Source: Methanobacteriota archaeon (lineage in GTDB: Archaea; Thermoplasmatota; Thermoplasmata; SG8-5; JAGLSY01). Taken from it: a stretch of DNA of 64,000 nt. Shown here piece by piece: positions 1-9,375 of this stretch. Under the pieces are notes generated by a model that was not told the origin of the DNA, did no database searches, and saw nothing but the letters and a program-made list of their open reading frames with translations. The stretch is from contig JAEHCO010000004.1 in assembly GCA_020697715.1 (NCBI GenBank), positions 64,001-128,000 on the forward strand, read 5' to 3'. The position numbers and the translations under genes are program-made. Numbering within the stretch: position 1 is the stretch's first letter; each line of letters starts with the position of its first letter.

Positions 1-1631
1 CCAGTTAGGCAACCGTGGAAACATGGGTAAAATTCTACCACATTGTATCTTTTAGCGATGTCCTTTGTCAGGTATTTACTAGCCTTTGCCAGATCCTCGA
101 TTATGAGGGCATTGAAGAATCCTTCTTCACTGTCGAAGGCCATTTCGTGAACATAATCCTCAAGAGTGGTCACAGCCAGCCTGGCATCGAGATTATTGAA
201 CTTTCTCATGTAAGCCGTCTGTATTATTGCCAATGAGTAAGCATAGTCACTGCTCGCACCCTTGACAAACACACTGGACAAACCAAGCTCGCAATCGAAC
301 ACACCATCAGCAGGATCATGGAAATCAATGTCCACGCCCTTCTGCTTGAGAAGCCTTGGAAGCTCTCTGGCGGTCAAGACCGCATCGATCTTCGAATTGC
401 CCTTGTGGACGATACATGGCGACAGAAGGATTATCTTCAAAGTCTTCTCTCCCTTAGTGTATCTCTCACCCAGAACATCCAACATCATCTGCTCAGGCGA
501 TGACACTTTCTGCAGATTCTTCTTGAATTCAGGATGGAATTTTCGGATATACGAATTGGCACTTGGACACCATGATGTGAAGACCATGTCGTCGTTCTCG
601 CTAACATAGGTTCCCTGCGCTGCCAATGAAAGATAATTGAAGTGGGTGAAATCCACAACCCTGTCGGCTCCCAGTGATTTTAATGACGCTATGAGACTTC
701 CCAATGCCTCGCCAAAGTCATCTCTGTCTGTTGGTAGGACCTCCATGGCTGCTGCCGCAGCCGTGAGATCGATGGCGAACACAACAAAATTGTTGGGATC
801 ATCAAGTAATCCAATAGCCTTCTCCACATCGGAATGTTCGGAAAAAGCACCGACCGGACAGTTGACCAGACACTGTCCGCATGATATGCATTTATTATCA
901 TCCAGGCCCTTATTGAAAGGCGTGGATATGATGGATTCATTTCCTTTATTTGTCAATCCAATGGCATGAATATCCAGGATCTCATTGCACACGATATCGC
1001 AATGCCTGCACAGTATGCATTTCTGAGGATCATATTGGATGATGGATCTTGTGTCGGCCTCCATTTCCCTTGCGGTAACACCGAATCTCAGATCCAGATT
1101 CTTCCTTGGGGCCATCGTGGTAAGACGCCTTATGTAGTACAGGACCTGTTCTTTCCGGACTGGACATCCACGGATATAGAAATCAACATCCACGACCTCA
1201 TTGAGCTTCTTTGTCGGGAAGACGTCGAAATACTCATTGTTCGCAATGTCCGCATCCGCATATACTTCTTTAAGATTCTCCGCATCTGGCCATTGGTTCC
1301 TCAGTTTATTGACACAACCAGTTGTGGCACAATCACCAAGAGCGATGAGGATCTTGGCATTGGCCCTGATCTCTTTCAGTCTTTTCTCATCAACTGGCCT
1401 GTTTATCGAACCCTCAATGAAGGCTATATCGTAGTCATCGGAATGTTCCTTCATGACCTCACGAAATGAGACTACCTCCACTGTATCCAAAAGCTCGAGG
1501 ATATCCTCCTCAAGATTGGCTATCTGCAGTTCACATCCTTCACAGCTTGCAAAATCAAAAATACCTACCTTATACTTAGGTGCGGTTTGGGCACTTTTGA
1601 CACTTTCTACATCAGAAACTACCATAGTCAT
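1..1631 (-). CDS. Hybrid hydrogenase subunit (3' truncated by window edge): [NiFe] group-3-type small subunit domain + 2x[4Fe-4S] ferredoxin + divergent [FeFe]-hydrogenase H-cluster domain
   Basis: Not in the ORF track because it has no stop inside the window. Manual minus-strand translation from ATG 1631 is open to base 1: MTMVVSDV...GIFDFASCEGCELQI...FIEGS...LGDCATTGC...IRGCP (small subunit); KCILCRHCDIVC and KCISCGQCLVNCPVGA (ferredoxin); FTSWCP (564-578), LSPCIVHK (402-422), EFYPCFHGCLTG (1-35) matching the L1/L2/L3 positions. Confidence 0.88.
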   Translation of the reverse strand, partial: MTMVVSDVESVKSAQTAPKYKVGIFDFASCEGCELQIANLEEDILELLDTVEVVSFREVMKEHSDDYDIAFIEGSINRPVDEKRLKEIRANAKILIALGDCATTGCVNKLRNQWPDAENLKEVYADADIANNEYFDVFPTKKLNEVVDVDFYIRGCPVRKEQVLYYIRRLTTMAPRKNLDLRFGVTAREMEADTRSIIQYDPQKCILCRHCDIVCNEILDIHAIGLTNKGNESIISTPFNKGLDDNKCISCGQCLVNCPVGAFSEHSDVEKAIGLLDDPNNFVVFAIDLTAAAAAMEVLPTDRDDFGEALGSLIASLKSLGADRVVDFTHFNYLSLAAQGTYVSENDDMVFTSWCPSANSYIRKFHPEFKKNLQKVSSPEQMMLDVLGERYTKGEKTLKIILLSPCIVHKGNSKIDAVLTARELPRLLKQKGVDIDFHDPADGVFDCELGLSSVFVKGASSDYAYSLAIIQTAYMRKFNNLDARLAVTTLEDYVHEMAFDSEEGFFNALIIEDLAKASKYLTKDIAKRYNVVEFYPCFHGCLT

Positions 1632-1704
1632 ACGTTCATGAAGGAAATTTTAGTATATATTCACCCCTCATAAAAAATAACATTAAGATTGTTAAGAATG
1701 CTAC

Positions 1705-1799
1705 TGGCAACATATTGAAATTGCCATTGTTGCTATATTTACTAAACAACAATAGTAGTAATGATATATAAAATTGTACATATTAGTAGTGCACATTTG
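1705..1799. promoter_or_regulatory. Divergent promoter region with candidate operators
   Basis: TGGCAA-N10-TTGCCA at 1705-1726; imperfect AATTGTACA-N9-TGCACATTT at 1772-1798; AT-rich TATA-like boxes. Confidence 0.35.
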
Positions 1800-1849
1800 A
1801 TAGTAATCTATACAAAAATTATTAATAATGATAAATTATTGTCCATCGC

Positions 1850-2902
1850 ATGGCCGATATGCTAGAAGACGAACTTTCTCTCGCAATACTCGAAAAGATA
1901 TGTGATGGTGTCGGAGTGAGCATCAATGTAAGTGCTCTGGCCAAAAGCCTCGATCGCCACAGAAATACAATAAAATCACAGGTGACCGCACTTTTCGAGA
2001 ATGGAATATTGACAGCCCCCTACTATCCTTTCACCGGACTTTTCAAGGAACGACCACTTTTTTCCATTGTCAGGGCAGACCTTCCGAGGCAGGCCAGGAT
2101 CGACAAGTTCTTGGCAGAGGATGATACAATATTCGCCTCTTTCAAATCATGGGATGATGGTTATAACACATTGCTCTTCGAATTCCACAAGAGCATGTCC
2201 TCATACTTCTACTGGAAAGAGAAAATAGTGGAGGACGATAAGTTACCTCCACTAGAAAACCGATTCCCTGCCGATGTAGTATTTGTCAATAATGAACTTT
2301 TATTCAAATATGATCCAAATTCCAGCATAGCGTGCATGGATAAGAGATTCGATAAAGATGGAGAAATAATACTCAATGGCTACAAGTTGAATGAACTTGG
2401 ATTCAATATCCTGAAAAAATTATTGGTAGGAGAAGGCATCAAGACCAATGAACATCTGCTGTCGAAGGAACTGGACACCCACAGAAAGACCATTGAGAAA
2501 AGGATAGAGGCCTTGACACAGGCGAGACTTATTACACCGCCTGTTTGCAGATTCCCTCAATTCTGCATACCACCAGGGCATGTGTTTGTCGTGAGCTTCA
2601 TCAGGATCGATAAGTGCAAGGAACAGATCATCCAGTATATTCGGGATGATCCATGTGTGCCGATCGCCTACAGGGGTCATGTGGGCAAATACAACCTACT
2701 ATATTTCGGAGTCTTCCCCAATGTGGAGGAGCACTTCAACTGGGAGGAGATCCTGCATGCGAAATTCAAGGACGAGTGCTTCGGAGTAATGAAGAAAATA
2801 TACTTGTCTGAGAATATGACGGTTTCTATTGATAGAAAGAAGGTATCATTTGGAGTTCTGAAGGAGAAAAGAGCAGAACTGGAAGCCACGAAAACAAAGT
2901 GA
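1850..2902 (+). CDS. Tandem-duplicated Lrp/AsnC-like transcription regulator (two wHTH + effector halves)
   Basis: Two HTH segments (INVSALAKSLDRHRNTIKSQVTAL; NEHLLSKELDTHRKTIEKRIEAL), each followed by a beta-alpha-beta domain. Confidence 0.65.
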   Translation: MADMLEDELSLAILEKICDGVGVSINVSALAKSLDRHRNTIKSQVTALFENGILTAPYYPFTGLFKERPLFSIVRADLPRQARIDKFLAEDDTIFASFKSWDDGYNTLLFEFHKSMSSYFYWKEKIVEDDKLPPLENRFPADVVFVNNELLFKYDPNSSIACMDKRFDKDGEIILNGYKLNELGFNILKKLLVGEGIKTNEHLLSKELDTHRKTIEKRIEALTQARLITPPVCRFPQFCIPPGHVFVVSFIRIDKCKEQIIQYIRDDPCVPIAYRGHVGKYNLLYFGVFPNVEEHFNWEEILHAKFKDECFGVMKKIYLSENMTVSIDRKKVSFGVLKEKRAELEATKTK

Positions 2903-2923
2903 AGCAAATTAGATTTAGATAGA

Positions 2924-3301
2924 TCAAAGCAATTCCTTGTATTTATCAGGAGATAACAGCTTATCAGCATCCGCGATATTAACGGGTTTGATAATAGCGA
3001 TCCATCCTTTTACATAAGGATCCTCATTGATGAGCTCGGGTGTGTCTTCCAAGTCCGAATTCACTTCCACGACCTCACCAGCAATTGGTGAAAAGACATC
3101 ACTGGTAGATTTGACGGATTCAACAATACCAAGCTCCACATCTGGGGAAATATTATCACCAACAGATGGTAGCTCGACATAGACAATATCGGTCAGTTCA
3201 CCCTGTGCATGATCTGTTATGCCAATTCGAACAAGATCTCCTTCGACCTTCACCCATTCGTGCTTCTCTGTGTATTTCAAACCATCTGGAACATTGCTCA
3301 T
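2924..3301 (-). CDS. gcvH: Glycine cleavage system H protein
   Basis: [33 protein letters not shown] lipoyl lysine, [11 protein letters not shown]. Confidence 0.96.
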   Translation of the reverse strand: MSNVPDGLKYTEKHEWVKVEGDLVRIGITDHAQGELTDIVYVELPSVGDNISPDVELGIVESVKSTSDVFSPIAGEVVEVNSDLEDTPELINEDPYVKGWIAIIKPVNIADADKLLSPDKYKELL

Positions 3302-3362
3302 TTCGCTCACCTATGGAGAGGGGATGTGGAAAAGGAATATTAATATTTTGGATGATAAGTTT

Positions 3363-6056
3363 TTATTCTCGATTAAGTATATCAAAGAATTCACTGATTA
3401 TGGATTGTGCAGAGTGATAAGCAGTATCTGGCTCAAGTTTTCGATTTGTTTTACCATTTTGTTCAAGAAATGCCACACTCAATGCCTGATCAGAGAGGAA
3501 ATAATACAATGGCTTTGATTGAATATTTATGCGATTACTTCGTAATTCATTGTAAAACAAAGTAATAACATCCGCCTCCATCCTCTTAATCGATATCTTG
3601 TTCTTTCCAAAAAAATTAAATTGTTTCTCAGATAATTTTAATTCATCCGATATACAAGTAACAGCTATTTTAAGAGCCTCCCAAGATGAATTAATCCGAT
3701 GCTCAGGAGAATTTATTTTATTAGAAGCATCAATTAGATTGGATTCCATCAATAAAGGGCCAGAAATTTGACCCTCTTCTAATTCTATTTCCACTTCTTT
3801 TTTTTCGTCTGTTTTAAGTTTTTTTCCAGGAGGTCTTATCGGATTATGAGAGAAGCCATTGAGAAATTGTTTTGAATTTATGCTATCATATTCTAAGCCC
3901 TCTAAAAAAGATCTTACGTATTTTTTTAATCTGTATTTAGTTACATGAGTATTTTCAAATGAACCCATAGTAATTCTTTCATCAATCCTTTCAAATATTA
4001 TAGCTAGAGACCCAGAATACATTGAAAAAGGAATTTCCATGTCAATAAATTTTAAATTAAAACGACCGCCTTTTTTAGCCTGAATTCTTTGAATAGAATT
4101 AATTAATATTTCAAAGTAGGGAGATATGTCTTCTTTTTTCCTATCAACATCCCTTTGAAAATCATAAATAAGTTGCATCCCTTTGGCTAAGTCAGGGCTA
4201 ATTTTTGATATTTTAATTGCTGCTCTCGCCCTTGCTGTTTTCAACCCCATCGGAAAAATATTTGAAACAAAGACCTCATCAATTTTTTTTACTTTACTTT
4301 CAGCAGCATGGCAAAATATGTGTTCGGCTTTGCCTAAGATTTCACCAGGTAAGCCCATACTTACTTCACGAATATTATCGCTAGCATCTGTAGTTATTAA
4401 TTCATCGGGATCTTTCCCATTAGCCTCAATTCGTTTTGAAATTAGATCCCATGTTTCTTTATTGCTAAATGGTTCAAGTTTCATCCCCAATTCAGGCCTT
4501 AAGTACCTATAAGGTTCTTCAGATAACATTTCAAGCCAATCAATAGGAATGCAGAGAAGAACCATCCAACGTTCCTGAGCATTGTCTGTAAAGTTTTGAA
4601 GCAATTTTAAAAAATCTTTAATTATTTTTCTTTCATCTTCATCCTTGTATTTTAATCTATCAAGATTATCCAAGAATATTACAACATTCTCGTCCTTAAC
4701 ATTTTCAAAAATTGTATTAAATTCTTTTTTCTCTAAAGATGTTTCTGAGTCACCGGATAGTGATTTGGCTATTTTTTTTGCCTCAGTAATTACAAAATTA
4801 TATAAATCTAATCCACTTAGAATTGGTCTAATTGTGTTTAATGTTTCTATATAAAATATTTTGCATCCATTTGATTCTAAAACATCTTTCATAACTCGAT
4901 GGAGAGTGGTTTTACCAGCTCTTCTTTCTGCAATTATTAGTTTTAACCCACCACTTTGGCTTTGTGCTACAGATAGAGTTCTAGAAATTATTGAATTCAT
5001 AGAATCTGTTTTAATAAGTAGTTCTGAACCTTCACCAAGTATACGATCTGACCATGGGTTCCCATTGAAACCCCAATAAGACATCCAATTGTCTCTATTT
5101 GAAACATCTATGACTTTATCTCTTATTTTTGTATCATCTACATCAACCATTAACTCTAATACATCAGGAGGAGGTTTCTGTAAATTCTCCTGCAGTTCTG
5201 ACGTAATATTATTGTTATCAAAACTAATAACAATTCCATTTTTTTGCAATGGGATTTTTATTAGGTCAATTTCAGAAGAAATTTTGTTAATAATCATAGC
5301 CTTTAATTTTGATGGCACACCTCCAGGCAAATTAGGAATGCGAAGACCCAGTGTAATTATCCCCTCATTAATATTTAAATATTTAGTATAATAATGAATA
5401 TACCAATGTAATTTTGAATCTGGAGGGATAGCTATCAAGTCTAATTTGTTGATTATTACTCTCTCCCACGTTCGATCCAATTCATCCCCAAGACGCAATA
5501 AACATAATATTAAACCAACTCTAATCTTACCTCCTGAAATTTTTTTTATCAATGTTAAATCATTATCTGTGACAGGCCCACTGTGTTTTTCACATATCCA
5601 AGCTATTTCTTTAGCAATATCTGCAAAAACAGTCTTGTTTAAATCAATAGTTAAAGGATTTTCTCCATTAATCAATCCAGCCGAAAGTTTGATTAAATTC
5701 GCTGAACTGATTGCGTGTTTTTTTCTTACTTCAAGAGGTTTCTCTGCTAATTCTGCAATGATTTGCCTTTTATTTACTACTCCCGAATCTTTTATGTTGA
5801 ACATCATTCCAATATCATGAAGCAAGCATGAAGATGCTAAACATAGTATTTCATAATCAGAAAGTTCTTCAAACGTATCCATCTTTGATTCTAATATTTT
5901 ATCAACGATTGAAATTACTCGCAATGAATGACCAATTGAATGGTCTGTGAATATCTCACTAGATGTTCCTAATATATTTCTTAATCGAACTTCAAGATTA
6001 TCTAATTCGGTTTTTTTATCTTTTTCAAGATCATTAAGAAAATTAGCCATTACCAT
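3363..6056 (-). CDS. HD-domain (HD-CE-like) protein fused to an ExeA/STAND-like AAA+ ATPase; AT-rich, probably horizontally acquired
   Basis: DHSIGHSLRV, CLLHDIGM, KHSG, RLGDELD; Walker A AERRAGKTT; Walker B VVIFLDNLDRL; LEPFSNKET...SMGLPGEI; visibly more AT-rich than neighbours. Confidence 0.75.
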   Translation of the reverse strand: MVMANFLNDLEKDKKTELDNLEVRLRNILGTSSEIFTDHSIGHSLRVISIVDKILESKMDTFEELSDYEILCLASSCLLHDIGMMFNIKDSGVVNKRQIIAELAEKPLEVRKKHAISSANLIKLSAGLINGENPLTIDLNKTVFADIAKEIAWICEKHSGPVTDNDLTLIKKISGGKIRVGLILCLLRLGDELDRTWERVIINKLDLIAIPPDSKLHWYIHYYTKYLNINEGIITLGLRIPNLPGGVPSKLKAMIINKISSEIDLIKIPLQKNGIVISFDNNNITSELQENLQKPPPDVLELMVDVDDTKIRDKVIDVSNRDNWMSYWGFNGNPWSDRILGEGSELLIKTDSMNSIISRTLSVAQSQSGGLKLIIAERRAGKTTLHRVMKDVLESNGCKIFYIETLNTIRPILSGLDLYNFVITEAKKIAKSLSGDSETSLEKKEFNTIFENVKDENVVIFLDNLDRLKYKDEDERKIIKDFLKLLQNFTDNAQERWMVLLCIPIDWLEMLSEEPYRYLRPELGMKLEPFSNKETWDLISKRIEANGKDPDELITTDASDNIREVSMGLPGEILGKAEHIFCHAAESKVKKIDEVFVSNIFPMGLKTARARAAIKISKISPDLAKGMQLIYDFQRDVDRKKEDISPYFEILINSIQRIQAKKGGRFNLKFIDMEIPFSMYSGSLAIIFERIDERITMGSFENTHVTKYRLKKYVRSFLEGLEYDSINSKQFLNGFSHNPIRPPGKKLKTDEKKEVEIELEEGQISGPLLMESNLIDASNKINSPEHRINSSWEALKIAVTCISDELKLSEKQFNFFGKNKISIKRMEADVITLFYNELRSNRINIQSKPLYYFLSDQALSVAFLEQNGKTNRKLEPDTAYHSAQSIISEFFDILNRE

Positions 6057-6249
6057 ACATTCACCCACTTCTCCCAGAGATATAAAGCTTTAAGCTTGAT
6101 AAGTTTAACGGGAACATAATTCAAAATATTATTTTGTATTATCTTTAGTTCAGCATATTATTATTATTTTGGATAGAATCACACAACAACCCTCGCACTT
6201 ACAAAGCCCTGTACCAATTCCTTTTTATATTACACAAAAGCACGCACCA

Positions 6250-6482
6250 GCGTTTTTTTCTTTTAAAGTTTTCTGCGCTGGTTCGGGCTCATCGAATCAA
6301 AACCAAGGTTTTGACAAAATATATGCGCTCGGGAAATATAGCCAGCTCATCTAAAAAAGAAAAAAATACAGTTAAGAATCAAACCCATTATATGTGTTTG
6401 ATAAAATAATTGCGTAGGATCAATAGGTAAAAGTCGCAATTAAAAATAAGAAACTCGCCCTCGCCTGCTCGAAAACCAAGTC
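6250..6482 (+). mobile_element. Structured mini-element copy A (carries two internal insertions)
   Basis: GCGTTTTTTTCTTTT...AAAAGAAAAAAATAC stem; CTGCGCTGGTTCGGGCTC; AAATAAGAAACTCGCCCTCGCCTGCTCGAAAACCAAGTC identical to copy C. Confidence 0.65.
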
Positions 6483-6502
6483 GAATACAAAACACCGCAC
6501 CA

Positions 6503-6669
6503 GGAAGTTTTTCTTTAACCTCGCTGTGCTCTTAGTTCGAATCGCTATGCTTCTCGAACTAATTATTTGCGAAGTTTACGCAAATAAGGGCTCACCTTCC
6601 AAAGAAAAAGTTCCATTCAAAAGAAACTCAGGTGAGCCTGCTCGCTCGTCATATGTTGATAATTGCTCT
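6503..6669 (+). mobile_element. Structured mini-element copy B
   Basis: Stem GGAAGTTTTTCTTT/AAAGAAAAAGTTCC; pseudoknot GGGCTCACCT (6588-6597)/AGGTGAGCCT (6630-6639); flanked by GAATACAAAACACCGYACCA at 6483-6502 and 6670-6689. Confidence 0.65.
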
Positions 6670-6722
6670 GAATACAAAACACCGTACCAATTCCTTTTTA
6701 TATTACACAAAATCGCGCACCA

Positions 6723-6822
6723 GCGTTTTTTTCTTTCAGGGTTTTCTGCGCTGGTTCGGGCTCAAAAAGAAAAAAATGCCGTTAAATAAGAAACTCGCCC
6801 TCGCCTGCTCGAAAACCAAGTC
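6723..6822 (+). mobile_element. Structured mini-element copy C (minimal form)
   Basis: Stem GCGTTTTTTTCTTT/AAAGAAAAAAATGC; GGGC/GCCC pairing; ~53-bp direct repeats at 6670-6722 and 6823-6875. Confidence 0.7.
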
Positions 6823-6940
6823 GAATACAAAACACCGTACCAATTCCTTTATATATTACACAAAAGCGCGTACCAATTCAGTTATATACGATTTCTCAAA
6901 ATATACTCCATTTGAGAAGAATTGGAGGAAGTGGAGCAAA

Positions 6941-7279
6941 ATGATGATCAAGATCTACATAAGTACGCATAGTGAAGGACGATTGAACATGCCATCTAAT
7001 GACCACACAAGGGCCGCACCTCACGGCGGCATGGCCGCGTCGTCGGGCATCCTGGTGGACGATCCAAATTACATCAATATGGAATGCAAAAAAGCAATAG
7101 AGGCAGTCAAGCTCTTTGCAGAAGAGCATGGATTCAATTATAGAATATACGATGTTCGAAATGACTGGCCCGCAATGCGAGCCAGGATAGAAGGAATAAA
7201 AGTATTGCCCACCACGGTCTTTGGAAAGAAGAAGATCGAAGGAATTCCTTCTTTTGATGAAATGGCCGCGTGCTTGTAG
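6941..7279 (+). CDS. Small thioredoxin/glutaredoxin-fold-like protein lacking CxxC
   Basis: GGAGG/GGAG upstream of ATG 6941; YRIYDV...GIKVLPTTVFGKKKIEGIP resembles the cis-Pro strand region. Confidence 0.55.
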   Translation: MMIKIYISTHSEGRLNMPSNDHTRAAPHGGMAASSGILVDDPNYINMECKKAIEAVKLFAEEHGFNYRIYDVRNDWPAMRARIEGIKVLPTTVFGKKKIEGIPSFDEMAACL

Positions 7280-7371
7280 GTAGCTCGTAGGTGGAGGGAA
7301 TTTGATATTTCATAAGGACAATGTAGAAATACCATACCCACGGTTTAAGGCGCAGACCGGATGAGAGATTA

Positions 7372-8247
7372 ATGAAACTGCATAATTTAAAAGCGATCAT
7401 AATCATTGCAAACATAATAATTGCAAGTATCAGTATAACCAGCATATACACTGTCGCTTCTGGAAATTTCAATGTCATATTACCAGAACAGGATGATATT
7501 GATTGGGAGGTTCGCGATGGTAAGCTGGTCTTCACCACCAATGTCACCATACAGAACAATGGCTTTTATTCCATAAAGGGATTGAAGATCAATGTGGACC
7601 TTCTTGAGAATTCAACTGGCTTCAAATTGATCGAATACCAGCACACAGTGGATATCATCCCCATGAGAACAGACCATATTGAACAATTGGAGATACCATT
7701 GGACCTTGATCGTTATCAACAATTGTATGCGGAGTTGGATAATTTCATACCTGAGGATTGGTTGGATGAAGTGGACAAGTTCATGTTCAATGACACAGCC
7801 CTGAGCCTTATCATAAGTGTCGAGGCATATTATACAATGAAATTAGTGCGCTTTAATGCGGATTACACATTTGATTTCCTCTGGCCAGCAACAATACAGA
7901 TCTATGATATTGATACATCAAATATCACTCAATATAATAATGGCCCTGGAATTGATCTTGAGCTTCCTTTCACACTGCACACCTCACAATGGATAACAGG
8001 GGATATCAGGGTAGACACACACCTTCAGAACAGCACGATGAATTTCGCTAATTCAATCACCATCATACCTCTGGGACAGAATTATTCCGGGAATTTAAGT
8101 ATTCACTTGAACCCACAAGAGATGGCCAATTTAAAGATAAATACCCAGGCATTGTATTTGGTGGTTATGATATCGACATCCGACCTGGGGATCATCTATA
8201 GAGATATGGTAGAGTTCGCAGCAGATATAGAACTGGAGCAACCATGA
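7372..8247 (+). CDS. Membrane-anchored hypothetical protein (beta-sandwich, LEA2/WHy-like)
   Basis: N-terminal hydrophobic helix; VTIQNNGFYSIKGLKINV. Confidence 0.6.
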   Translation: MKLHNLKAIIIIANIIIASISITSIYTVASGNFNVILPEQDDIDWEVRDGKLVFTTNVTIQNNGFYSIKGLKINVDLLENSTGFKLIEYQHTVDIIPMRTDHIEQLEIPLDLDRYQQLYAELDNFIPEDWLDEVDKFMFNDTALSLIISVEAYYTMKLVRFNADYTFDFLWPATIQIYDIDTSNITQYNNGPGIDLELPFTLHTSQWITGDIRVDTHLQNSTMNFANSITIIPLGQNYSGNLSIHLNPQEMANLKINTQALYLVVMISTSDLGIIYRDMVEFAADIELEQP

Positions 8248-8789
8248 TGGCAGAAGGAACTGGAGAACATAATAAAGATATCCTAGGCGAGGAGACCCAG
8301 GACGAGGATATCCAGAACGTGGACATCCAAAACAGGGATGTCCCAAGAGGAGATGACATATCATCTCAGAATAATGCGAAGAGCCATTATGTATATCCAG
8401 TCATCAATTTGCTCATATACGCCATTCTTCCATTCATTGTCATTACATTTATCAGATCGAACTATACAGACCTCGATCAGGCCAGATTGAACAATGTGAT
8501 AATGTGGACTTCGATAATTGGAACGACCATTGCGATAATATCGTATTTCGAGACATATTATCCGCCAGGGCATAAAGGTCGCCTGGTATCAGGAATTATC
8601 AGCACTGGCATGATGTATATCTGGATATACGGATTATTTGGTGGCACAACGATCAGATCCACTTATGGAGAATATGAATTCTTTATCGACATCAGTCGCA
8701 TGCTGGCTCTGATAATTTTTGGAATTAGTTTGAAATTAATATACAGGATCATTGAATTCATCACTTGCAGGAAAACACAGGCGCAGTGA
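8244..8789 (+). CDS. Hypothetical membrane protein (about 4 TM)
   Basis: Hydrophobic segments; overlaps stop of the previous gene. Confidence 0.65.
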   Translation: MMAEGTGEHNKDILGEETQDEDIQNVDIQNRDVPRGDDISSQNNAKSHYVYPVINLLIYAILPFIVITFIRSNYTDLDQARLNNVIMWTSIIGTTIAIISYFETYYPPGHKGRLVSGIISTGMMYIWIYGLFGGTTIRSTYGEYEFFIDISRMLALIIFGISLKLIYRIIEFITCRKTQAQ

Positions 8790-9209
8790 ATGATTATTGA
8801 GGTCGTCCCAAAACTTCCATATACTTCTCCTTCCATTATCCTCCCAATGTCACCCACACTTATCGAAGCATTCCAGCCCTTATGCACAGATGTTCAGAAA
8901 GAGGTTCAGAAGGTTCTTAAAAGTATCCTGCTCGGGCCCATGATAAGCGGATACCTGCCGCAGAAATGGATCTTTGCAACATCTCAGGAAGTAGTTACAT
9001 TTTGCCTTGATATAACAGGCGAGGCCAGTGTCATCGAGGGCACTGTGGATGACTCGGATGTGCTCATCAAGATCAGCCATGATCCTCTTTTACAGATACT
9101 GGAAAGCATGGACAAACCAGAAGAGAAGCCAGATATTCTGGATATTAGTTTTCAGACCAGAAAAGGAGAGGCCGCTTTCGGATATATGCGGAAGAGATTT
9201 GGATTATGA
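8790..9209 (+). CDS. SCP2 sterol-carrier-like domain protein
   Basis: VIEGTVDDSDVLIKIS resembles the SCP2 G-x-x-x-x-x-D-V-x-I motif. Confidence 0.45.
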   Translation: MIIEVVPKLPYTSPSIILPMSPTLIEAFQPLCTDVQKEVQKVLKSILLGPMISGYLPQKWIFATSQEVVTFCLDITGEASVIEGTVDDSDVLIKISHDPLLQILESMDKPEEKPDILDISFQTRKGEAAFGYMRKRFGL

Positions 9210-9375
9210 GACAAATACTCAATAAATTCATTGAATGGATATTTATTAGTTCTTCAAATATCTATTAGATGCAGATTATAGACAATTAGAAAAAATATCC
9301 CGTATGTTAATGTTAACAATCACACGCATTCAATTGTCAAAAACTTATTTATAATATCAGACCTATTTTAGGATA

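Larger units (their letters stand above)
6201..6879 (+). repeat. Nested repeat cluster: 33-bp ACAAAA-n3-CGYACCAATTCCTTTWTATATTAC units interrupted by three structured elements
   Basis: Units at about 6201, 6234, 6487, 6674, 6706, 6827, 6859; an element follows GCACCA at 6249, 6502 and 6722. Confidence 0.85.

Noticed and set aside
15-1641. Several + strand ORFs and short minus ORF 689..940
   Set aside because: Shadows of the long minus-strand hydrogenase frame
6723-6822. Pistol or HDV-like ribozyme identity for the elements (GTTAAATA after a stem; CCTCGCT loop)
   Set aside because: I could not place pistol P2/P3 and its cleavage site, or HDV P3/P1.1/P4; the resemblance is partial and would need an Infernal search
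6201-6879. CRISPR array
   Set aside because: Intervening segments are related to each other, structured and 100-230 bp long; no uniform unique spacers and no cas genes in the window
6526-6940. ORF 6526..6789 and N-terminal half of ORF 6632..7279
   Set aside because: Translations of the repeat cluster; the RBS supports a start at 6941
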